The translations under genes and the position numbers were made by a program. The notes under the pieces are model-generated. The model was not told where the DNA came from. It made no database searches and was given only the letters and a program-made list of their open reading frames with translations. From Hydrolagus colliei (Eukaryota), in the NCBI GenBank assembly GCA_035084275.1, contig CM068748.1, positions 16,244,001 to 16,308,000 on the forward strand: 64,000 bases of DNA, in the 5' to 3' direction. Of the stretch, positions 41,301 through 54,663 are shown piece after piece (the stretch's first letter is position 1; each line of letters opens with the position of its first letter).

Positions 41301-44300
41301 GCCTTAGATCCCTGCCTTACATCAGCAAGTTCAACATGGTCTGGGATTCTAAACCGCAAACTCCCATCTTCAGCTCCCTCCATACCATTGGGACAGCCCT
41401 GAGGAACTAATATTTATATATAATTGGAATGAGCTCCTATAAACCCAATTCATCAGAGCAATACCAATATGAATAAGTATTACAATAATGCAAGTCATGA
41501 CTGATTTTACAGGTTTCTTATGGCTGGGTCTTACTTCTGATGGGAGTCAATGAGGCTATGCCTATATCAGTATGACTATGCAACAAAATCCTTTATTCAG
41601 TTGTAGTTGCTGCACATTAAAAGGCACAAGGGACGGAATCCCTTACTAAGCACAGCAAATTTATGCGGCACCAACCTTAATGATTTTCTTCATAGATTCA
41701 AGCCTTTGTTATATAATATCCCTCCAATTTTCATGCATATGGATCCAAACAGCCAGTTGTTTTGTCTGGTATCAATCCCAATTACTGAACTGTATGCAGA
41801 CATTATATAGTATCACGTTCCAAAAGTTTTATAACATTTTTATTAGCTGCATGAAACACGTCTGTGGTCGGCATCCTTCGAGTGTATCTAATGGCCTATT
41901 TATACTGCGCTTTTCGCACCAATTTGACATGAAAATGTCAGTGAATCAACACTAAAACACAGCATGAATCTAGTTCAAAGTTCGTGATCTGGAAGCAAAT
42001 TGCACTAACTCCAGAAACACTTTGAAGTGGTTTTGAAGGGAAGCGATTCAGAGATAAATTTCAAAATCATTCAATCTTTGCTCTAGAAATGCCCGCCAAA
42101 ATATTCTTCCTTGCTGTTACATAATTTTATATTGTTTAAGAGACAATCATTTTCCTGGTTCTTCAATTGCAATTTCGGAACCATTTACCAGAGCCTGCAC
42201 TGATTTCTCCTCAGTTTCCATTGAATGCAGTATTGGAACAGAAAAGATGTATATCCATCTTCTTGCTCTCTGGGACTTCATGATTTCATGTTGGTCCAAC
42301 AATATCAATGTTGGACCAACATTGTTGTCACTTGTGTTTCTTATCGAAACACAAGTGACAACAACAACAATAGTTATTTTGTCAAAAGTTTCAAAACTTT
42401 TTGGAAAATCTTTTGATCACTTTTTCTCAGTCTTGTAAATGGCAATACTTGCGGACATCAGCACTTCTCGCATTCAAGAAGTGGTGACAAAGTAAATCCT
42501 GTTACCAATCGGTGTGGCATTCCTGAGCCAACAGTAGCACTAGGTTATATTGTCAAGAACATAGTCTCAAGGGCTGACAGCTGCCTGGAACAGACAATCT
42601 TGTTGCCATGACAACTTTTAGATTATGCAGAAAATCAAGATAAATCAGAATGCTCAGTTCTAAACAAAACTTTAAAAAGGAATACCCCAGGATCGAGTCC
42701 AATTGGAGTCGACTTTAAATCTCTGCCAAGGCTGATGAGTTTCCAGTAAGCATTTGGGATAAAGCAAACAAACAGAAGTTTTATTGAGTGCCTTTGCTTC
42801 ATTCCAGCCTCAGAGACAGCCAGAAAGGAAGACGAAGCTTATTGATACTTAGAAGGTGCTGGTAGGTTTGCACCCCATATGCTAGCTTTACATTGCCACC
42901 ACACCTCCAAATGGGAGCTGGGGCGGATGTTTATAGTGCAGTGACATTTCTTGCATGCGTGTTTACTACTCACGGGGTAAGTGCTTCAAAGCCCCCCGCA
43001 GTAACCATCAGAAACTTCCTTTTTATGATATCCACTACATAAATAACAGTATAAGAAGAGTACAGGAATTGTGTAAACATTTATTACTGCATGGTGCCAA
43101 TCCAGCTAAGAACAACATGGATTGAAACACTGCCCCTATATCTGATAAAAGGCAACACAGATGGTTGTGCCTGATTATTGGCTGGCATAGCTCACAACTG
43201 TTTTTCCAGTCCCACTATGATTATTTGGTTAGCAGAGATCTTGAAAATAAAGTTCTAGTGTTTTTTTTCATGGTGGTGTGAGGGGTGTGATAACATCACA
43301 CAACTTGTGCAAAGCATCAGTACATCTGATCGTGGAGGCAACGAAAGAGCCAACTCTAAAGTAGGTTCTGCCAAGTTTGGCGAGCGGATATCAGGCTATT
43401 TTTCTTTACGAGTTGTTGCTTGCAGAGATTAGTTTGCCTCTGTGGGTGACACGCAATATAAAAGTGGTATAAATCTCTCATTTCCCTGCACTGTGTGTGT
43501 ACCACTACATTTGTCAAGCGTTACAAAATGTTCTTTTCCAAGAAAGCTGCTATATAAATACAAGTTGTTGTTGTAATTTCTGTGAAGACAAAGATAACAT
43601 GATCCTCCCTGCAGCGTACTTATTAAATAAAAACCGTTCTGACATCCAGCAGCCTGAAATGATGATGCTAATAAATCTTCAGTTGAAATAGTGGTGCATG
43701 ACTTTGTTTTAAATAGCGCAACTGATGATGAATAGTTCTAGGTTTTAATAAATATCTTTATTTTAAGTCACACTCACACACTATTTTTTTGCAGCAGATC
43801 TTCAACTGCACATCACTCACTCACCTCCCAGCTCCTGAGGTCCAAGGTTCAACTCATTTTAATCTGAATGAAACTAAGTGACAAAATTGATTGGTTTCTG
43901 TGCAACAAAATAATCATAAAACCTAGAACAGAATTTAAGATTGTTTGTGTTAAGTTGCATTCCTTGGATATAATCAATACTTAAGGAAGCCTGTAATTCT
44001 CATCAACTCTTGATTCACATTGTAAGGTTACGTTCCCTTTCACTGTAATAAGGTACAACTTTGTAATACTGTATTGGTTGGAAGACTTCCATGCCATAGT
44101 AATATCTCAGAAATAACCTTGAATTCTTCACGACTGCTAGGAAGGATTAATTATAATGGCTGTTCATTTAATTTGGAATGATTGCATCATTAAATGGAAA
44201 CAGTGGACTCTAAACTAGGCATAAATATAAATGGAGATATGCTTTTTACAAGGAGTTCTGTGTTGACAGGCACATTTTATGCTTTATATTTTATGCATCT

Positions 44301-45489
44301 TGTGAGTAAGAAAAAGAACATTAATATTCTGTTACAACATCATGAAGTTCTGTACGTGCAACCAATTAAGTTCTTTGGACTCTTAACTTGTTTCCAAATA
44401 ATTCATAGCAGAAACCTAAAACAGATAACTTATTGTAAAATGCAAGGAACAAATACAACTCTGGTTAAAGAAAAAAACGTGGAATCAAAATAAAACAGCA
44501 TTACTTTATACTACTGTGATAATTTGTAAAACGTTTATGACTTGCACAGAGTTCCAATTTTCATGGTCAGGGTAGTTCTAGATGGATAACCATCAAGAAG
44601 CTTGCCAGAGAGTGCTCTCAATGACAAGTTACGCTGTGGTTTTAGCTGATTAAACTCCAGCAGTACCCAACCCATACATTGGGATCCCCAAACATTGGCT
44701 CTCGCCAGCTAACACTCTCCAAAATTAAGTGAGCAGGGTGCAACCCTCTGGGGAGGGAGTGCATATTCCATTCCCTCCACAGAGAATTTTCCGGACATAT
44801 ACAGATGACCAGCGCCTTGGGACATCCTTCTGCCGTAAAAAGCACTCTATAAATGTAATTTTGCTTGTTTTTATTGACTAAAATAAATGATGCTGACTGG
44901 TGAATGCAGAACATTTTGTGCTATTCAGACCTTTAAAATGTTCTTTAAATCGACTGGAGATGGCTCAAACAGTGATGAGGATGATTAAGCAATTGAGAGC
45001 TCTCAAGTTATGAGAAGCTGACAGAATTGAAATTGTTTTCATTGGAGAAACAAAGACAGAGAGGACATAATCTAGATTTTCAAAATGCCACGCCACGAGG
45101 CTTAAACAACACCAACAACAACAAAATTACATTTGTATAGCGCCTTTCATGCCAGGAGGACAATCAAACAATGTTGATGGCAGAAAGTTATTTAAACAAT
45201 GAGTGCAAACCCTGAGGGCTTGAGTGGTTATTAATATTTTTTCATGCCAGAGGAAAGATAAAATTAGCCGTTTTCCCCAACAGAAACCCAACATTTGTAT
45301 GTGGCAGTAAGAACTGTTGAGAGCATGGTTCAAATCCAAAAAGTTTAATAACAATAAATGAATTAAAGTAATTTTGGATGGTTAAAATCCCAGGTTAACC
45401 TAAATTATCCTATTATCAACCCTTTGCAGATTTGGCTGTTCAAATTTATAGTCATGTCCCAAACCAAGAGGTGAATACAATGTCTATAA

Positions 45490-45735
45490 TACTAATCATC
45501 ATCATCAAAACATCTCAAAGCTTCACAGGATTTATGCAGTGACTGTATTACTGTATTGGGTGAATGCAGCAACCAATTTATGTATAATATTGTTTCACAA
45601 ACATTCATGAAGTAAATGGATGATTGTTGACCGGTGAGAAACTTTTGTCTCTTTTCAAACAGTGCCATGGGATCTTTAACATCCACCTGAACAGGCAGAT
45701 GGGACCTCAGTTTAATATCTGAAGGGATGGATTGA
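45490..45735 (-). mobile_element. SacSINE/DeuSINE-type fragment
   Basis: ctcttttcaaacagtgccatgggatctttaacatccacctgaacaggcagatgggacctcagtttaa. Confidence 0.75.
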
Positions 45736-45919
45736 AACAACAACAATCCATTCTACTGCTGATAAGCAGAAACAGAATCGAAATTGCTTTTTGTGAGTGA
45801 AAGTTGGTTTTGGGGAACAAAAGGAGCACTTATCTCTCTCAAGTGTTGTGTGAATGACAAACTGATACACATTTAAACTTAAATTTAACACAATGAACAC
45901 ACATGTTCCCATTACTACC

Positions 45920-46165
45920 ATTGGTGTCAGTGGCTCTGGGATGTGAAGCAGAGAGAAGGAAGACGTAACCAGGATTCCTGTTCATTATTCAGTGACACCC
46001 CCTCCCCGATAGAGAGTGGATGAGCAATGGCATGAAATAAAAATAGCCTAAGACTCAACAGTAATAGGCCACCATGGTCAAAGAGCCAGCCAGTATTCAC
46101 TGATTAACCTCAGAATAAGAAACAGCCACTTGAGCAAAGCACAAGCATCATCAGAACCCCCTAAA
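45920..46165 (+). mobile_element. Old SINE-like repeat, family B fragment
   Basis: accaggattcctgttc..cagtgacacc..gagccagccagtattcactg..agaaacagccacttgagc. Confidence 0.45.
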
Positions 46166-47769
46166 CTGCATTGTTCATTGAAACATGAGAGAAGATAAAT
46201 TCCCCTGATAAAATTGAAAATAAATCTGTTTTCATTGAATAAGATACTGCACAGTTATAAGGATCTAGGCCTTTTCACTTTATGTTCTGCTTTATTTATG
46301 CACCTTATAACATGCATATTCTTGGACTCCCAAGGGCAGAGTTATAAGGGTGGTGCACATGTAATTTGAAACACACAAATATACTTGCACTGAATGTCAC
46401 ATTTGAAAAATTATAGCATAAATCATGACTGAATTAATATTTACTTCAGTCCTGAAGTTTTCCTGCATTTTGAAGTACAACTCTGTAAACCTGATATTAA
46501 AAGTGAAGACATAAATCATGATCAAAGCTAAACAGGCTTTTACAGCATTGACAGAAACCTGGCATTTCCGTTTCAATGAAGCAGTTATTAAATTAACATG
46601 GGCCTGTGTGTATCCATACCAAACTACAAAGTTATTATTCTTAGACCAGTCAGTAGCATAATCACCTGCAATTGTCGTCAAGTATTTTGATCGTGAAATA
46701 AAATAAAATGCAAAGCCAAGGAGCCCCATAAACTGGAGCAGTTTTACCCCATAAATGGGATCATGTCTTTAATGCAGGCAATAACTGCAGGAATACATGA
46801 AAACAAGTAACAAAAATATCCAATTATGCCATCAACTCTGCTACAAAAATCCAATTATCTGCAGGTCTGGCTACAGCTGCAGTAATTGGTGACCTGCACT
46901 TTTGGTCAGCAGACAATCGGGATGATGAAGGCAATTAAACACAAAGTCTACACATGCCCTGCAGAGGTTATTATGCCTGCTATATCAGACCCCATCAATT
47001 TCAAAACAAAAAAGGATGGAAGCTGCTTCCACATCTCTTCAACCATGGCTGCAACCAAAACATTAGCGAGGTGATCATAAGGTAAATTATGTCAATGGAA
47101 AGACAGACATGGACTTTGCAAAAACAGAGAGGAATAATTACAAACCCGGGATATAATTGAGCAATTTGATTGTCCTGCACTTGAGCTGTCGTTCTGATGT
47201 GAAGCGCTGTCACATCCTGCAACACTACTGGAAATGGACAGGCCCTGTCCACTTTGATCTACCCTTACGCAAATGAAATGAGGTCAAAATCTGGTCATTA
47301 GATATTCCCTCATGTGATTAAGGCGTTTCATCTTTACAGGAGATTTTTATCAGCGATCACATAGCACAAACCAACCATTAATGCTTTTGAGAAGAGAAAA
47401 ATGTAAACAGGAGGCAACAAAGTGAAAAGGTGAATCTGATTGAGGAAGCATGCAATGAAGCAGCAACACCTCCCTCTGAGATAAATAGGATTTTGAAAAA
47501 AAATGTACTCGTTGAAAAGGCAAGTCAACAAAAGATCAGATCACTTAAACAAAGGGCAAACAATGGAGACAAAAACCCTTTTCATTTATATTTCACAAGG
47601 AGGTAAGAAAATCTACCATTTAGAAACTCTCGTGGTTTAATAAAGTCTAAACAATATAGGTCAAAATAGTTATTTAATGCACATTTTCCTTGTATATTTT
47701 CACTGTTTCTGTGATGATGTGCAGCAATGCAGAAAGATTTACCATCTGATCCCTTGGCTGACACCTTAC

Positions 47770-47896
47770 CATATCATCCTTGGGTTTCACAACTTTCATA
47801 AAGGCACCCCGAGTTGTGGCTTCCTCCCGTTCTTTTCTTGTGACTTTTCTTGCATCTAAAAACTTCAGGTTTGTCAGTTTGTGAAGGATGAAATAC
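47770..47896 (-). CDS. LRMDA: LRMDA internal coding exon (127 nt, LRRcap)
   Basis: Translates to (R)[42 protein letters not shown], embedded in ORF 47674..48111. Acceptor is catcttcttttccag|G, donor is ATG|gtaagg. Phase matches the previous exon (AG+G = Arg). Contains an LRRcap-type YRxFxxxxLxxLxxLD motif across the junction. Confidence 0.95.
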
Positions 47897-48429
47897 CTGG
47901 AAAAGAAGATGCTTTGGTTGCTGGTAGAAGTTGCACGTACAGTGTAATATCTACAGAAAACAGTCTGTAGAAAGCAGGTCAATTCAACAAAGAAAAACAA
48001 ACAAACCAACAAAGTAGAGATAATGAATAACTGAGAGACAACAAGGACTGACTGGATTCTATAACAGATACAATAGCCCTGAAGGATTAGGGCAAAAATA
48101 GCAAAAGACAAGAAATAGCAGTGGGGTCAAGGGTGAAGAGAGATAAGGCAACAGAGTCGACTGTGCAGCATAAAAGGTGTACACAAAACTCCTTCCTTCA
48201 CTTGAGAAAAACAGTAAACAGCTTATGCTAGAAAACAAAATTTTGGTTTCTCCAAGCATTCATGGTGTCAGCCTAGCTCATTTGGTAGCAATCTTGCCTT
48301 TAAGTCAATAGGCTGTGAGTTCAAGGTCGCTTGGCCTACACTCCAATGCAATATCTTGTCCGAGTGTTGAAAAAAAAAAGGTACTTTCTTCCAGGGCCCT
48401 GGTTAACAATTCCCCCAGGATACTATCCT

Positions 48430-48806
48430 AAACCTATAAGATTCTTAAGGGGTATGACCGAGTAAACAGTGGGAGACTGTTTCCCCTGGTAGGAGAAACT
48501 ATAACTAGGGGTCACAGTCTTAAGATTAAGGGTCAGCCTTTTCGAACAGAGTTGAGGAAACACTTTTTCACTCAGAGGGTAATGAATTTATGGAATTCTC
48601 TACCCCAAAAGGCTGTAGATTTTCAGTTCTTGAACATATTCAAGAACTGAGATTGATAGATTTCTCATGGATAGAGGGGTTAAGCGATATGGTGTGGGCA
48701 GATGGAGTTATTTTCGAAGATAAGCTGTGATCTTATTGAATGACGGGGTAGGCTCAAGGGGCTGAATGGACTACTCCTGCTCCTTTTTCTTATGTTCTTA
48801 TGTTCT
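48430..48806 (+). mobile_element. Relatively young CR1 3' end inserted in a SINE
   Basis: Encodes TYKILKGYDRVNSGRLFPLVGETITRGHSLKIKGQPFRTELRKHFFTQRVMNLWNSLP; tail (ttcttatg)n; GATACTA repeated at 48419-48425 and 48807-48813. Confidence 0.9.
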
Positions 48807-49002
48807 GATACTAGGAGAAACTCCCTTCTCTTTTTGAACAGTGGCATGGGATAAAACTAGTAATTGACTTCACGGCTCTTTGTGGGACATGGCTGTGTGC
48901 ATATTGGCGGGATGTTCACTTACATATACTGTACATGGGTGGGGGATCACTGCATCTTACAATAAATTACAAAAAAGTACTTTGAGACATCCTCCAAACC
49001 TC

Positions 49003-49310
49003 AAATAACAACAACAAAATTACATTTGTGTAGCAGTTTTCACATCAAAAGGATGCCCAAAGATGCTGGACAGACAGTATTTTTAACCCAAGATGGACCT
49101 CCAGATTGGAGAGGGTGGATTGCAGTGGGGAAGAAGGTTGATTGAAAGCAGTCAAAGATTGAGGGACCTGAAGGAGGCAAGAGATGGAGCAAGGCAGGGT
49201 GAAGTTTCAGAAGGTGGGGGAAGATTGTTTGAAGTCCCACCTGCCAATGATGGGGTGGGCGAGGTGGGGGACGTGAAGCAGGGGGGGGCGCCTGCTTCAC
49301 ATCCAAAATA
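49003..49310 (-). mobile_element. L2 LINE 3' fragment
   Basis: acaacaacaaaattacatttgtgtagc tail plus a purine-rich body like 21051-21535. Confidence 0.7.
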
Positions 49311-50574
49311 AATACCAAAGTTATTATGTATCCACAACATCAACTTGCCCTTATATAGCATCCTCCATGTAGGGGAGTGTCTCAGAGCACTTAAAATGCA
49401 AGGATACCGAATATAAGGATCACTGTTAAGGAGTTTAAGTTGTCTAATTTAGATCAATGTGACTTCACTTGAATACAAGTCTTGTAAAATTCTGCTTAAG
49501 TACTGATTTCTCACATTTGTTTGCCCTCCCCCCCAACCACTATTGGTTATTTACTCAGTTTTATTTACCACAGCTAAGATTCAGCTTACTGGTCTTCCCT
49601 TTAGCCTCAGATTTTTTGCAAACATAGAAAGATAATATATAATATTTAAATTTGGTTTGAAGCTATTTTCTCCATAATTTAATTGAATCAATTATTATTC
49701 TATAAGCTTTAAACTATTTTATTAAAATACACAAAGTGCATAGCTTGAATAACTGAGTTACAGAGCCTTGGAACCTTGTTTATAGGCAGCTTGTAAACTA
49801 TTTCTAATGTCTCACACAAGCACTTAAGAAAAAGACAAGGATCTATTCCAAGCAGCAATTGTGAGGAAACTGCAATGCTCACTTGCAGCAGACTTTAACA
49901 GCCCATAACAGATTGTTTACTGGGAGACAAATTGTGCCAACATGGTAAGATAAGTTACCTCAGTACAAACCACAAATTTAGCTTGGGTTTTTCCTAGTCA
50001 ATGTAGCCCACACCGTAGAAGGCATTTGTTCAGTGAGTTTGTCAAAGGGATAGGGTTAAATATCGCAAGGGCACATCAACTAGCAGTTAAGATGCTGGCA
50101 TGGTTTGTCTAAGCAAATTTAAGCAAAATGTCTAGATCCACCTTTACAGAGGAAAATGGTAATTTCTTGCCTTAAGGGAGCTTAATAAGGAATGCAAGGT
50201 CAATGCCCTTTCCTACTGTAGGCCTAAAATGCTAGTTATTACTTTCCACGATGGTAGAAAAATCTTATCTCAATGGCAATGCTTGGATCCAAAGTGAATG
50301 GAAGAGTACAAGTTTCAGAAGTCAAGTAAATCATTATTTGATTATAATGTGAATTTTTGGAAGTATATTGAAAAAACACTACACAAAGCATAGTGATTGC
50401 TTAACATCGGGCATACACATTAAATTTGGAACATTTACAGGAGCTAAAGACTGTGAGCACTATGGACAATTCTGGTAAATTGAAGCAGTTTTTATTGTTT
50501 TCCGAAGGGAGTGAATTGAGATAACATTGTTTTTCCAAGCTGTTTATCCCTTTTCATCAAGCTCCTGTCATTTC

Positions 50575-50900
50575 TACTCAGATGGGCAGTACGTACGGGT
50601 TACCATGTCCCTTTGCAGTTTACTGTTTGTACTTATGTTGGGAGTGTTCCTGATGTGGATGTCTGCTTTTGGCAGGAAGCCAGGTACATAGACAAGATCT
50701 TGAAGAATTTCTCCAGATTCAGCCTCAGTGAGTACATGATTTTGTTTGGGGATCACTAGTCTTTCACGGTGCATTGTGTCATGCTGGTCAGATGGTGGCA
50801 GGGAAAATCTATCTTCTGCCACTTCAGTGCAATTCAATATCCAGATGCAGTTTGATGAAAACCAAGGCTTGTCCATGTTAAGGATTGGCAGGGTCATTTT
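50575..50900 (-). mobile_element. Possible decayed LINE ORF2 internal fragment
   Basis: ORF 50574..50897 contains DKPWFSSNC, resembling the PW motif in the endonuclease-RT linker of LINEs; otherwise degenerate. Confidence 0.3.
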
Positions 50901-51899
50901 GGATGTTCAAGGAGAAAGACAGATTGAGAACTGGCTAGAGATGAGCAATTGGATTTATTCAAATTGTTTATTTGAGTTCTCCCCCAAGTTTTAGGTAGTC
51001 TAAATCCAAATCTTAATACTGTGCGAGATGTCACCAGACAGTATCTACCTGGATAGTCAAGGAAATGGGTGCCTCAAATTAAAAAAAACTGCTGGTAAAT
51101 ACAACAAACAGAAACACAGAGTTGGTTGTTAAAAATTCCATGCTACTACTTGAAAAGAGATATTCTCAGTGTCCTGGCCAACTATCCACCAGATTATTTA
51201 GTTATTCACTCATGGATGTTCGATTGTATATTTGTCTGTGTGCAAAATAGCTGTCAGGTTCACCTACAAAGAGCTGTCACTACATGTGACATTAATTGGT
51301 GTGAAGTTTGGCTCTGGTCTGTACTGAGTCAGCTAAGGCACAAGAATTGATTTCCCAATCCTGGCATTTTATCCAAAGATTTCGCAGATAATATGAACTG
51401 TGGACTATGGGCGTGCATTTTGGATGATCACAAAATTGCGATTGCCTACAATGCATCCACAGATAAATACCTAACTCTCATAAAACGAAGCTTTATAACA
51501 CAAGAAGGGCCTCTTGATTATGGTATCAGTGGATTGTCGATGCCTGTGAAAAATGAATATATTTTATAGAGTACATATGAAGAATTCACAATTTAAATGT
51601 ATAATCATTTTGAATTATTTTAAAACAAAATTATGCTATTATTTAGTTACATTTACTGCCATAGCTCAAAAGTTAATCAATTTTAAATCAGATTTTTATG
51701 TTGAGGTAATTCAAATCCCCAAATTATTCAGCACTATCAACTAACAGTTTTGAAACTGTCTGAATCCTTCCCTCTTTTGGGCATATGTTGAAGATGGGAA
51801 ATTAAATTCAGTTTGTCTCAAATAAATCTGAGCTCCACCTTATAAAAGCACAACTTATAAAGGTTGTTGAATTGAAGATCCTCAACCTCATGGTCTGCA

Positions 51900-52190
51900 A
51901 GCCTAATATCCCACCTGCTCCCTCTGCTCAGCAAACGCATGCCTGCTGCGTGCCCCATTCTATTGGCAGGTGAGCTTCCTGCCATTTTGACTCACTGGAA
52001 TTCTAACCTGGTGTCCCTCCACCTTACCCCTTCCCTTCCCTCCTTTAAGGCCCATATTAAAACTTATTTTATTCTACCGCGCTTTCAGTCATCTTCCCCA
52101 CCCAGCTCACATTCCCATTTAGCTTTGTGAAGCACTTTCAGAGGTTCTCTGAATATGAACTTGTAACATAAATATAAACTGTTGCTGTTC
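51900..52190 (+). mobile_element. Decayed L2 3' end
   Basis: ctggaattct..ccctccaccttacc..cctcctttaaggcccatattaaaactt..tgtgaagcacttt..ataaatataaactgttgctgtt. Confidence 0.6.
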
Positions 52191-53211
52191 GAGAATTTCA
52201 TATGAAGATAAAGCGCAACACATGATCCAAATACTACTGGAACAAAGGCCATGAACATTACATTGATAGTTTAAATCTGAAACAAACAGCAGAGGCCAAA
52301 ATAATGATAGCTATTACTACCATTAAGTGAAATATAAGAAGAGGAATGTTAACTTAAAAGAACATGTAAAGGCCAGTGGAGACCATCCAAATAAACAGGT
52401 TTGCGATATCTGTACACATCACAATTTTAAATAATTTGAAAATCTTCATTGCGCATAGTTTTCCAGTACTACAACTGGCATTACGTCAAATGGAAGTGAA
52501 AGTAACTTTTGAGAATAAAAACTGGAGGAAACAGTCACATATAAAACTAGTCCACATGTCTGCAATTTCACTCCTAAAAGAGTTACTTGTAATTTCCTGT
52601 ATGGCCTACCACAAGGACCCAGTGATGGAGCTCCATAAATACCATTAAAGTTTTATGGTTTCTACATAGACCCTGTTGAAATATGTCATTACTGAAAGGT
52701 ATTTCATGCTACTAATTCTGAGAGGCAGAATCCAGAAAAAGAAAAACAACATGCAGCAAGAAGTTGCTTTCTAATAGCTGCTTGTCTGATTGTCACAAAT
52801 GCATGTTGACATTTATTTACAATATTTATACAGAATAAAACACATCAAGACATCAGGAAAACGCCTTGTGTCAAAAGATTTATTCCAGCACTGCCTGAGT
52901 TGGTTAATTCATACGTGGGTCCTGCAAAGAAAATTGAGTATGGGAATCAAAGAGTCCTACATTTACTTTTAAATGAAAAAGTTTGCCTTTATTTAGGAAT
53001 ATTTTTTTCTGATTTGAATTCTTTAAAATTATTATTCATGCCTTTCCCCCCATGAGATTGGCTGGGCACTCATGAAGACACAGGATGCAATGGCATTTCC
53101 ACAGAAGAAGCCCCAAGGTACACAAGCCATAATGAGTTGCTGCTTATAGGAACTATCAAACATTAACAATAACTTCACCATACTGAAAAAAGTAATGGAC
53201 AGAAAGTTATG

Positions 53212-53476
53212 AATTCAAGCGAGAAACCTGGATTTGATTCCCTTCAGGAGAAACCTTGGGCAAGTTTTCTTACTCCGCGTGCCTGACGATAATCACCCCC
53301 CAAAACTAATAAATTGGTCACTTCAATTTAACTGTGTGGGACACTGCCGTGCGCAATTGATTGCTGTGTTTTGCCCACAAATATACAATCAATTCACTTC
53401 ACAATATATTCTGTGAACCGGTTTGAGACATTTAAAAGACATGAGAAGCGCTACATTAAATGCAAGGATTATTATT
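53212..53476 (+). mobile_element. Family A SINE
   Basis: caagcgagaaacctggatttgattccc..aaaccttgggcaagttttcttactcc..aaatgcaaggattattatt. Confidence 0.85.
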
Positions 53477-53849
53477 TTAAGATAGACAAAATTGATAAGT
53501 GGCGCTTAATAAGGTAGAGGCAGCTCTGTCGTCAAAAAGCACCTAAAAATCATAGGCATCATTGTATGTTAGATATGCACTGTGACAAATGGAGATGAAA
53601 AAAGAAGATACAATTTCCTAAAAAAACCTAAAAGTGAAGCCGCCTACATCCTAGAGGAAAGACTGCAAGGAGGATAGAAAAAACATTAATGATCTTTGAC
53701 AGCTGATGCCAAAGATGGCTCTCATGTGACTGTTATAAACCATGCTCAAATTTATAGTCCTCTCCATGATGAAGAAGCAGAATGTAGTCTAAGTGTCAAA
53801 AGAAAAAGGTTCAGCCAAGAACTAAAAATAAGAAGTTCGGTATCACCTA

Positions 53850-54118
53850 ACCAGGATTTATTCCTCCGTTCACCGTCAGCGGCTGTGCCTTCAGTCACTA
53901 TGCCCCGTAGCTCTGGAACTCCCTCCCTCCTCACTCCCTTTGCCTCGCCTCCTCTTTTCCCATTTTCGGGTCGCACCTGAAGACTTTTCTGTTTGACCAC
54001 GCCTTTGGTCACCTTTTCCCCCCTCCCACTGGCTCGGCCCCAAGCTCCATTTTGTGAAGCGCTCTGAGATGCTGTCTGGTGTGGAGGGCACTATATAAAT
54101 CCAAGTTGTCGTTGTTGA
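53850..54118 (+). mobile_element. L2 LINE 3' end
   Basis: gccttcagtcactatgcccc..ctctggaactccctccct..ctgaagacttttctgtttgacc..gggcactatataaatccaagttgtcgttgttg. Confidence 0.8.
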
Positions 54119-54469
54119 CTTCATGCATCTCATCTTCTCCCCAAACCTTTGACAATCAGTTGCATTGTAGACATAGGTCACCTATATTAACATGGTTTCC
54201 CAATATACTCATTTGTCCATAGGTTTATGTTTAATATCCATATTAGAGAGGAAAAGACACTTGCAGAATTTGAGAAAAGGGTTGCTGGCTGCCAAGACTT
54301 AGTGCTTCAGGTTTGAGTACATAACAGCAACAACAACAACAAAATTACATTTGTGTACCGCCTTTCACGTCAGGAGGACGTCCCAAGACACTGGAACCTC
54401 TTGGAACCTCTGAATTCTCAGATACTTTCTATCGTTTTGTAAAAGTACAGGAACATCAGCTAAGCTGTC

Positions 54470-54663
54470 CAATAATAATACCTCCAAACAAAACACAATA
54501 ATAATATTGGTCATTTCAATCCAGGATTGATTGTGGGACACTGCTGTGTGCAATTGGCTGCTGCGTTTTGCCCACAAATGTACAGTCAATTCACTTTACA
54601 GTATATTCTGTGAAGTGCTTTGAGACATCTAGAAGATGTGACAAGTGCTATATTAAATGCAAG
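54470..54663 (+). mobile_element. Family A SINE 3' part, preceded by an opposite-strand L2-type tail (54323-54395)
   Basis: ttgtgggacactgctgtgtgcaattggctgctgcgttttgcccacaaatg..gtgctatattaaatgcaag. Confidence 0.8.

Noticed and set aside
47674-48111. 145-aa ORF as a single-exon gene
   Set aside because: Only 47770-47896 is LRMDA-like and bounded by splice sites; the rest is open intron.
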